From positions 41,498,179 to 41,562,178 of the forward strand of contig NC_057728.1 of assembly GCF_004010195.1 (NCBI RefSeq): 64,000 nucleotides of DNA, given 5' to 3'. Within the stretch, counting starts at the first letter, position 1. Each line of letters begins with the position of its first letter. Below are positions 27,110 through 37,307 of this stretch, in pieces. The notes under the pieces were generated by a model that was not told the DNA's origin, searched no databases, and saw only the letters and a program-made list of their open reading frames with translations. This DNA comes from Chiloscyllium plagiosum. Lineage: Eukaryota. The position numbers and the translations under genes are program-made.

Positions 27110-28200
27110 CATCAGCCCACCTGCGAAACTCCCTCAGAATCATATGCTTCAGTAAGATCACCTTTAATTTTTCTAAACTTCCATGAGTAAAGGCTCAACT
27201 CACTCAATGACAATCCTTCATGGACCTTTCGTCAACTGCTTCCAATAAAAAAGTACAATCGTTTCTGAAGTAAGGGGGCCAAACACTTCACAGTATTTGA
27301 GTTGTAGTCTCATTAATGTCCTGTACAGTTGTGGCAAGATGTTCCAACTTTTATATTCCATTCCCCTTAAAAAGGACAACACTCCACTTACCTTCCTAAT
27401 TACTTGAAAAATCTGCACGCTAACATTTTGCAATTCATGTTCAAGGTCATTCAGATTCCTCTGTACCACAGCCTTGTGCAGTCTCTCACCATATAAATAA
27501 TGCACTGCTTTTCTATTTGTTCTGCCAAAGTGGCTAATCGAGGCATCTGATTTTTTTTTGCCTACTCACTTAACCAATCTACATTCCTTTGCAGACTCTG
27601 CTTCTGTCTGACAATTAGCTTGTACCATCAAGAATTTTGTTTCCAATAGAGTTAGCTCATTTATCCACATCATTAACAGATTTTAAAGTCCCCAAAATGA
27701 TCCTTGTAGCACTTCATACCAACTTGCAAACAAGAAAATGATCCACTTTTCGTGACTGCTTCCTGTGAAGTTAGCCAATGCTATCTTTATGTTAATGTTT
27801 CACTTCCAGCTTGCACTTTTATGCAGTAACCTATTAAGTGGCACGTTTCTGACTACCTTTTGACGTTTCAAATACACTACTTCTAGTAGCTGCCCTTTAT
27901 CCGCCCTGCCTGTTACATCTTCAAAGAATTTTTAAACCATGATCATCTTCTCACAAAACTATGCTAACTCTGTCTGATTGCATTGAGATTTTTGCATTCC
28001 ACTGCTACACTCCTTAAAGTCACTTGTTCTAGATTTTATCAATGACAGATGTTCAACTAATTGGCTCAGTTTCCGGTTTTGTCTCCATCTTTACTTGATG
28101 ATTTTCCATTTGTGGTTTTCCAATGTAATGGGAACTTCCCAAACTGATTTTTTGATCCTTTCTCATGACTGCATTGACCTCATCGTTTATAACCAGAGCG
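27110..28200 (-). mobile_element. Degraded CR1 LINE
   Basis: RGMEYKSWNILPQLYRTLMRLQLKYC. Confidence 0.75.
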
Positions 28201-30169
28201 CTCTCATCCTCATTTGCTTTGTTTCATACTCAAAATGTCAACCCCTCTGAATGTTCATCTCCCAGTTGCGGTCACTTTACAATCAGGGATGGAAACTTCC
28301 CTCTGTGTTTGGTGACATGAAGTTTAAGGGCTTCATTCCATTGCCACTGGTATTCACGCAGTAGCAGGGTGAGAATCTGACTGCAGGGTTGTTTGCAGGC
28401 TCCCTTGGCCACTTGGCACTGCTCAAAGGTACCAGCATTAGGAAGAGAACCCCACTGACATCCACACCTCTACCTGCACTATTCCCCCTGAATTTAGTGC
28501 CTTCTACTGCAACTACATTCCTTTTTGCTCCCTTGCTTGAATGGTCCCCTATGCCACACTGCTGTGGCCAGCTTTCTTTTCCTCCTTGCAGTCTCTGCTC
28601 TTTTTCACACAAGCTGTGAGAACATCCAATGTTTTGGATAACTGCAACAGCTCAGGTTCTTCTAATGCTACCTTCTGGACCTCCATTCCAGACTCCATCA
28701 ACCAATCCTCCCTTCCTTGATCATGGGCCAGATGTGAGAACTGCACCTAAATGGAGTGAATGCCTCCTGTAACAAAATGATCAGGTAATATTCCGCCACT
28801 GTGATGCATCAATGTTTGAAACTTGGGACTCCAGTTCAATAACTCCAAGCAGGGACTCCACTAGCTGCAGGTGTTATGATCCCAGCTGATGTTATTAGTG
28901 AGCAAGTCAGAACCCAGACAAGAACCTATTTTTATTTGCTTGTGTGTAAACAAAATGATCTCTCACTGAAGCATGATCAGAAATGCTGCAGATTTTGCTT
29001 TAACAATAAAATATAAGTTTATTATACAACCAATGGAAATAAAACAGATTAATCTCAACTATCTACCTAGAAGATAAATTCAAAGATTTCCAACCATACA
29101 GTAAAAATATAACCACATGAATCCTCAAACAATCCTTTGTAAATTGAAAAGAAACAATATAGTACTTGTATGGTACTCAAAACACCACACCTGAGATTCA
29201 CACCAGACTCCTCTTCCTAATACCTAGGTACGTTTAAGTCACTTATGACTTAAACTTTTAGACTGGACCTGCAGAAAGATTCTTCCTGCAGCAACCATAC
29301 ATCTCAGCCTCAACGTACCCAGCTTTAAGTAATCTCTTCAGGATTTTATCCCAACATTTCTGCTCCAGGACTTGCACTTATTCTATTGAGGTAACCTACT
29401 TTTCTCCATATCCACCCCTTCTCAGGAGCATGGATCTTCTCAGCCATCCTATTTATATGAATTTGCAAGACTGTGCTACTGAAAAGTACAACTAAATCTC
29501 TCTCTCGGCTATGGGTGTCTTCCTCAAGTTTAAAATAAACACTCTCCTGATATTTTAACTGGAACCAGTTTACCTTGTTTGGTCACAAAACTCTACCAAT
29601 GTTCATAAAAAACAACTACAGGTAATTATAAAATTAATTAATCCTCCAAAAATATTTTTAAAATCACCATGGCTACAGAAATATTTACAAGTCATCTCAC
29701 AAAGCCAGAATCAAGAGCATATATATCAGCTTATATCACAGAAGACCCTTAACCCTTGTGGTTACTATGGATCTAGATATCCACGAGCTCCAACATACTC
29801 CTGCTGCAAATTATTTTGATTCTGTTATCCAATTGGATCCAAAAGTATGGAATATCACTCAATGATTATCATAATTGTATTATGGCATTTACCCAATCAT
29901 AATATGACATTAACATAACACTTTCACCTCCCCAACACAAATTTCAATCAGATGGGAAAGTGGTTGAAAACTGAAAACTTATCACCTGCTTGAGCAACTA
30001 ATTAACACTTCAAGGGTTCAGCTGTCAGGTCTGTCTCCGCTTTTTGCACTATTTCTTTCTTTGTAAAAGGCCAGAGAACATCTCCCTCGCAGCACCAAAT
30101 GGACTCATTTATCAATTTCCCAGATAAAAGTAGTCTCCAGCTGTCACCTTTGTACAACTTATTTTACTC

Positions 30170-31290
30170 CTTATATTCTACGTTCTGTAACTTAACTTCA
30201 TTTTCTCACCTATTTCCACACCCTTGATTCCAGTGCCAAAAACCTACTGCTTCTGCCCCTGAAGTTTCAATAGTTTCAGCATTCACAGTATTTCAGATAC
30301 CTACTAATTTTTGTACAAAATAATTCATTCTGGTTTCACTCTCTACCTCTGTTTTGAAGGTTATACCCTCTTATATAGGATTCTCCCATCAGATCAAATG
30401 TTTCTGTGTACCTAACCTAACCCTTATCATGTAGAACATGTCGATCAGATCATCCTTTTACTCCTTGACAGTACAGACTACATTTATGCAACATGTCCAC
30501 TTGACGTAACCTCAGCGCCAATTAAGTAATGGTGAACTTGCATTATATCTAGTTCAAGGTCACTATATATTTTGAGGCTTCTGGTGCCTATAACTGAACA
30601 AAATATTCAAAATTGGGGTCGAAAATTCTGCACCATCATTTCCTAATCTTATCATTTTGACCTTCTTGAAATAAAGAAACTATCCGATTAAACAAAAAAA
30701 CAAAGAAATGTGGTTGCTAGAAATCTGAAACAGAAATTTAACATCTTCTCATAGCTGTGCTTTAGCTTTTAGTAGGTGTCTACACGTACCTTCCTTTGCT
30801 CTTCCATAACTTCTGGTAGCACCAGCCAATTCAACTCTGACTCAAAATGGATAAATCCAATTGAATTCCCTATGCCAGAGTTCCACTTCAACCAGTTTAC
30901 GTTCCCTTGAAACCTCTAGTTACTATCAATGCAATTTATTGTCATCTGCAAACCCAAATATACAATTCTGATTTTTCACCTAAGCCAGTGATGCCGTATC
31001 ACAGAGGATATGACTTGTCACATACTGCCATTCAGAGATATTCTCTTTATTCTTACTGTCTTCCACGTCCCATCAAATTGCCAAGTTCTGTCACAACATT
31101 AACTACAAAGCTGTACTTTGGGAGGTCAGCATCAACACCATTCATGCACATTCCCCTATAAACAATACCAGAGACCACTTTAAACAAAATACAACTTGAT
31201 TAGTCCGACATGATCTAGCCTTCACAAATCCATGAGAACTCTTCGATCAACCAATGTTTGTTCAAGTGCTCAATCATTCTGTCTCTGATG
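30170..31290 (-). mobile_element. Very degraded CR1 LINE
   Basis: Remnants on the minus strand: catggatttgtgaaggctagatcatgtcggactaatc (HGF..GRSC.TN) and tttgcagatgac (FADD). Confidence 0.55.
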
Positions 31291-33174
31291 ATGATGTGGC
31301 CGAACAAACAACTCCTTGTGTTTCTGTATTCCTGCAGTGCAAACTGCTGAGGTGGTGTTTCCATCATTTACATGTCTTCAGAAAGCACTCACCACCTTAT
31401 GGAAACTGACTTGCTGGGGAAGTTAGGAACGAAGCAAAGCGTATTCTTTAGAAGCTGTCCGCATTCCCAAACTGGTGAGGGTCAATATTTTCAATATGAA
31501 GTGTCCTGTTTTTATACATTACATGATATAAAGCAGCATTGAATAACCTGAAACATACTGATTAAACTGTTACGTTAAATTGAAGGAAGCAAAGTATTTT
31601 TTAACAGCTTAGGAATTAGTACAAATATTACTGACAATATCCATGGTGTTCCTCACAGGAGGTCCGAGGAGAGACGAAAATATAAGTAGTATCACAACCT
31701 TGTGTGTGCAATGTATTGTTCTGCTGTTAATGAGCTGTGTGTCACCTCCTGTTCCTTTAAAGCTCGAAGGTCACATTGATGTAAATAGGCACATCCTGTG
31801 GTTGATTAGAGGCTAATTGCTGGGGCAATTTCTCCCTAGATTGACAGCTGCTTGTAAAACTCCCCAAAGTCAGAAGACAGCAACAGAAAATGATTTCCCT
31901 TACTTTCTCTTTTGAATATATTTTCAAAGTGGAACACTGATGCTCATGCATAACCCAGGGCAACAGTCACATCTTGTTGTTAAAACCTTAACTGTAAGAT
32001 TGCTTTAATGATTTTTACATTGTACCATTGATCTTCTCATGTGTGACATAAGTATGACAAACAGCTATTTGGTATAAAATTCAGCACTAGCTTTTTGAAT
32101 AACTAAGCTTTAATAGTTTCTGTTAAAAATTTCCAAACATTTCTTCCTAGCAATCAGATCAATGTGGAATTTCAAAACAATTATTATTGTATCTTATTAT
32201 ACCTTATTGTATGAGCGAAAGCTAAACTAGTGGAAGACTTGGGCACAAATCAGAAAATCTAGCAATTTGCATGATTCTATTCACAGGCAATTCATTTCAT
32301 AGCTGCAATTTGCAGCTAACTTATAGAAAACAAAAACTAATTAAATGCAGTGCATTACTTTCAAGCCCAAAATAATGGAAGAACTTGGTGCACCATTCAG
32401 ATTTGATGATTCAGGACATTTATATTTATACTGGATGAATTTCTTCATCATGGCTGTGGTGTTAAGGAGAAGACTGAGATTTCCCTGCCAACAGAGATAG
32501 AAAATGTGTATAAGCTCCCCAAATGACATTCACATGCTGTAGCATTTGTCGAACCAAGAGAACAACCATGTTGCAATCTCAGTCAGCTATGCAATAGTAA
32601 ATAGCATTGAAACAGCATGAAGGGAATCTAGAAAACATCCAGCTGCAACCCCAAGGTAGAGTGGCCACATTGGCAATTTCTCATTATTGAATGGAATGGT
32701 GGTCTTCCAGAATGTTTCTGCCTCTGCAACCTCCCCCAGCCACCACACACACAAAATGTATATAATTTGCTCCATGCACAGGTTTTCAGAGTTAACTTCC
32801 ATCTTGAAGCACCTTTGCATTCCCCACACCTTCAGTGGTAGCACTTACCATTTTAAAATTGTCCAGGGACCCACCAATTCCACTTTCAGATTCCCACGTC
32901 AAGATAGGACAATGGAACTAACATTTGGCAAATGTGTATCCTTCATTTTTTTCTTTTTTTTGTTTAAAATTTTGTCCTTTCAAATGTTTTGACTCCTTGT
33001 TAGGATACCATCTCCTTCAGAAGCATTTCTTCAGGTAGTGATGCAGGATACGAGATTTGTGTATATTTTAATATAGTTTATTTTTATGTTTGGATGGCTG
33101 AATTTTGAATTAAATGATATGAGTTTTTCCTGTATGAAGGGTGCAATAACTAACTTGTGAGTATTTCTGCAGCC

Positions 33175-33305
33175 AAGCATCTAGATGGATACATGAATAG
33201 GAAGGATTTAGAGGGATATGGGCTAAATGCTGGCAAATAGGACTAGATCAGTTTAGGATATCTGGTTTACGTGGACAAGTTTCCACACTGTACATCTCGA
33301 TGCGT
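33175..33305 (+). mobile_element. HER1/CR1 3' tail fragment
   Basis: gcatctagatggatacatgaataggaaggatttagagggatatggg. Confidence 0.75.
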
Positions 33306-34223
33306 CAATAACTTGATAGATAGGTAGTTTCCAGAATGATTGGATTTGTGTGTTCATCAGGAATGCTTATGGCTGAGCAAGATGAACAACAGTACATCAA
33401 AGTTTCTGTTAGAAATTTCTGGACTTGGTTCTTTTGAAGATTAGGGAAACACCCATTGCTGCAAAGTCAAGATTTTTCTTTAGTTTCAGTTTGGGGTCAT
33501 TCTGCAGAAGTTCTTGGATGAAGATGGATATATAAAGCAGTGCTCCTGAGAAAGGGCGAACATGGTTAAAACAGATTACCTTACAGCACGGTATTAGTAA
33601 TAATTCTACACTAGATATGTTTGAATAAAAGCCGTAAGAGGTTATTTGAAGCTGAGAATGTTTAAACACAGGTGTATGAAAACTCTAGAAAAAGGCCATC
33701 AGACTTTCTGGAATGCAAGTTGAAGTCACAGTTAAATCAACCAAGATGTTAACAAAAGGGATTCCCTCTAGTATGAGTACTATGCACCCTTTGAGACCAG
33801 TGGGATTAGGATTTATTGTATTTCAAAAATGTCTAAACTTGGGTCATCTATTATTCATTTGAGCTTATTCTATTTAATTTTTGTTTCTTTTATGAAGTAG
33901 ACTTCCTTTTTTAATTAAACCAAAACAAAGCAATCTATAATCTATCAATCCATAACTGGGATCTGATCTGTCACAATGTTAGAAGCTCAACAGTGAAGGT
34001 GGACTGGCAATTTGACGGCCATGGCACCGCAATTGAATGTAATCCTCTGCTAATGCAATATAAATGTCTGCACGTTTAACAGTGATCAGGAGTGAGAAGA
34101 CTGCCTTAGTTTTCCATCCATTCTCCAGGGAAGATCATTTTTAAGATGGCAGCGTTACATTTAACAGATCTCCTGACCACATGCCAATGTTTAAAATATG
34201 AAGAAACATGAATATTTGAGTTC

Positions 34224-34256
34224 TTTAATAAATTTGATAGTGTATACATTTTTATT
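34224..34256 (-). terminator. Distal polyadenylation signals (AATAAA 34251-34256; ATTAAA 34224-34229)
   Basis: Plus-strand tttatt and tttaat, followed on the minus strand by a U/GU-rich tract (atattcatgtttcttc). Confidence 0.6.
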
Positions 34257-34932
34257 GGAACCTCCCCATAAAAAATTAATTTTTTTTTACATTGAATGAT
34301 TTACTGATAGCTCCAACTATAACTCAGCTTTAATGAACTGTAACATTGATTGTGTCTTGAGTTTATGAAACTAAGGGAGATTATATTCAAAGGCTTTAAA
34401 TACAAAGGACTTATTTCAGTTTAAAACTGATTATAAGTGCTATTTCAACTAGTTTGAGAAAAACAATACTAAGGTGGAGGTTCAGAGATTTTGTTCACAC
34501 ACTCAAATTGTTTTGCCAGTATTAAAATGACAAAGTCTAAGAATCAACATGGGGATCACAGAGGTTCTTACATTTATTTGTGCTGAACAGACAGTGATAA
34601 TCCATGAAAGGAACCTTTTCAGCAAGCAAGCATTTCCAAGTACAATCAGACAGTTTCTCTAAGTGAATAGCAAAGCAATAAAGTTAGACATTTAAGGTAC
34701 AAGGAGAGAAGGTTTTGCTGTCTAACGTTTTCAGACTCTCCTTGCAAACCAAGACTACAATTTGTAAAATAGCAGAATAGTTAAATGTCCAGTCTTATTT
34801 TGAGGTGACCAGTAAGGAGAGAACAGTCATATAAAATTTATCTCCCAAAAAAATAAACTATTTATAAAAAATTTATGATGCTCACTCTGGTCTACTGGCC
34901 ATAAACAATGGAACAGGTTTTCAGCTTGAAAT

Positions 34933-34969
34933 TGAGGTAACAGTAGGCCCCAAGAGGTAGTAGTGTGTA
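34933..34969 (-). promoter_or_regulatory. Paired let-7 sites (7mer-m8 34954-34960 with extended pairing; 7mer-A1 34933-34939)
   Basis: Plus strand tgaggta...gaggtagtagtgtgta. Confidence 0.72.
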
Positions 34970-35840
34970 ATTGATTGTTCAACGTACAGAGAAATACATG
35001 ATAAACATCAGCATTTGAGAGGCTTCGCAGGGCAAAATGTCCAACAAGTAACCAAAGGCTTCCTTAATATGCATTAGACAAAAACAAATTTCAGAAGGTT
35101 CTCTTAAGTCAAAATTCATGGAATGACATTTTAAACAAATCACAATGTGTGATTTTTAAAATAAAACATAATGCAGTCTTTGTTGGAGGTTACAATTGAA
35201 GAAAAGAAATTGGCAAAAATGCAACTTGTTAATAACACAGCTTACAAAGTACAGACGGATATGCACCATATTGTCTGAACAGCCAGCTGAGAATATGTCA
35301 AGGTTTTACAAATTCTGATGGAAGCCAGAAGGAATCAGCTTTGGTTGTACTTTGACTCAACACTAAAGCCTTACTGTCAGAGATTCTCCTGAGAAACTAC
35401 ACCCTCCCCATCTCCCTGGCCTAATAAATGTTAAAAGTAGCAATATTGACAAGCAGAAAGCAAGATAAAACTCTACATAAGAAGCATTTTAAAAATACAT
35501 CTGGTTGAAACATTATAAAAATGAAAGAGAAAATCACATGTGTAAAATATATGAAAATATGAATCAAGTATGTTTCTTACAATCTACTAATTTAAACACA
35601 TATTCTTGATTGAATTATACAAAAACTGAGCATGTTGCTTCCTACTTACAAAGCTTCAAGTTTGCTTTGAAGGTTTCAGAATAGAAAGTAATTTAAAATG
35701 CTTTTGTAGCCAAGGTTAATTTTTTTTTCCTTTTTTTTTACAAAAATACTTTGATTAGGGATTAGTTGCAGTCCTAAAATTTTAATAATATTTTAAAACT
35801 GATGCTGATAGTAACAAGTTCATTTCTTTTTTAATGTCAG

Positions 35841-35894
35841 GAGGTAGGTTTTGGTCAATTGATTAGTCCATTTTCCTTGAATTCATTTGAGGTA
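35841..35894 (-). promoter_or_regulatory. Paired let-7 sites (7mer-A1 35888-35894; 7mer-m8 35841-35847)
   Basis: Plus strand tgaggta and gaggtag, 47 nt apart. Confidence 0.7.
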
Positions 35895-36263
35895 CAAACC
35901 TGGACAGTTATATTTCAAACATTACTGATAAAAATGAAAAAATCAAAGCAATAGAGACATTTGTTAAAATCATTGAATAATTCAGTTAAAAAATTGTATT
36001 CAAGTTAAAAGTATGAACAGAAAATGAGTTGTACAAACTGGGATTGAGAAAATTGTAAAGTTCAGCAATTATATTGCAATATAGAAATGCTATCAGGTAT
36101 TCTTGTCTCCTCTTTTAATATTTAGACTGTAAAAAGTAAAATGAATTTCAACAAAATTCAGGTATCAGTGTTTAACCGTCCATTAAACCAAAAAAAATTA
36201 TCCTGCATTGTATGTGTATAGCAGCATGCACCCGAGACACTGTCAAACTAATTGATTTAATCA

Positions 36264-36271
36264 GAGGTAGT
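36264..36271 (-). promoter_or_regulatory. let-7 7mer-m8 site overlapping a miR-196 seed match
   Basis: Plus strand gaggtagt. Confidence 0.7.
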
Positions 36272-37231
36272 TACAGATAATAGGGTAATATTGCAACTGT
36301 CACTAAAAGTGCTGGTTTAACTGAGTATTCATATGGATTGATTGGATGGAGGAGGAATGATTTGAAGATCAGTTACACAGCGTGTGTTCCCAAAAATCAA
36401 GAAATGTGTTTGCTCGATCCATCCACATGGCAGTGCATCAGAGGTGAAGTCACCTTTATATGTGGTTCTTATTGGCTGACTGATGAGGGAAATCAGTTCC
36501 CTTTTCAAGTTTCAGTGACTTACACTGAAGTGGAATTTCTTGATTTCTGTTTGTATCCCTATGGATCTGTAAAAAAAATGTCAATCTTTCATCCTTCCCT
36601 TCAGTTAATGAACATATTTTTTCGGTGTTGAGTCAACAGCAGAATTAAATACATATATAAAAAAAAATCAGCCCTAGGAGTCTTCCTGAAATTAGAGTAA
36701 GTGAAAATCAATTTAACAAAAAAAAAATCTACTAAAAGGTTTCTAGAAGAGCAGTGCCTAGCCCTCATCTTTGGTGTTTTATCCAGGCTGTGTACTAAGT
36801 CAAGGGGTGGGTGTTGGTGCTGTTAAATCTCATTCGCTTTTAAACAGAAAAGCTGTTTCTCATAAAATGCCCATATTATGTGCAATGTGTCTGATGTTTT
36901 CCTTTTGCATTATTTTGTGCATTGCAGTGAAAAATAAACTTTTTTTTTGACCCACTCACCCTTACTTAGCAGCTCAATAAACTATAAGTATGTTAAGAAT
37001 TAAAAAGAAAACGGTAATTAAAGGTTGTATCAATAATCTGTGTCCCCTGTGTTACAGCAGTTTTTTTTATCATTAAACCTGGGACTGTGAAGGGATTACA
37101 AAAAGGTGGATAGCAAAAGTCTTTCAGAGGATGCATTTCTCCCCAGAATAAAGTGGACAGACCAATGTTAACTGGGAAAAAAAAAGTGGTCAAGGTAGTG
37201 TCTTCTCCCTTCAAAAGACCCAACTGCTGAA

Positions 37232-37239
37232 TGAGGTAG
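37232..37239 (-). promoter_or_regulatory. let-7 8mer site (CTACCTCA), UTR position 21
   Basis: Plus strand tgaggtag; starts 21 nt after the stop codon. Confidence 0.85.
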
Positions 37240-37259
37240 AAGTAAAATAGTGTGGGTTC

Positions 37260-37307
37260 TTAATCTTCCTCTGTGGATTCTTGCGAGGACGTTCCTTCAC
37301 CCTCTTC
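37260..37307 (-). CDS. HMGA2: HMGA2 terminal coding exon (acidic C-terminal tail EEGEGTSSQESTEED*); partial gene
   Basis: Minus strand reads ...tttgtttttgtttgcag|GAA GAG GGT GAA GGA ACG TCC TCG CAA GAA TCC ACA GAG GAA GAT TAA: a strong phase-0 acceptor and 15 aa matching the HMGA2 last exon (human EETEETSSQESAEED*). The following UTR start (ttctacctcattcagcagttgggtcttttgaagggagaagacact) closely matches the HMGA2 3' UTR start as I recall it. Too short for the ORF track. Confidence 0.93.
   Translation of the reverse strand, partial: EEGEGTSSQESTEED

Larger units (their letters stand above)
34230..37259 (-). other. HMGA2: HMGA2 3' UTR (~3.0 kb)
   Basis: AT-rich stretch with no recognisable repeats directly after the stop codon, ending near AATAAA (34251-34256) and ATTAAA (34224-34229). 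Contains multiple let-7 seed matches. The 3' end is inferred. Confidence 0.8.

Noticed and set aside
28874..29740. Possible solo LTR starting tgttatga
   Set aside because: Could not define the other end or a TSD.
34801..34807. tgaggtg as a seventh let-7 site
   Set aside because: Mismatch within the seed.
34950..34985. Plus-strand let-7-like sequence as a possible miRNA gene
   Set aside because: No hairpin partner; explained as the antisense of a target site.
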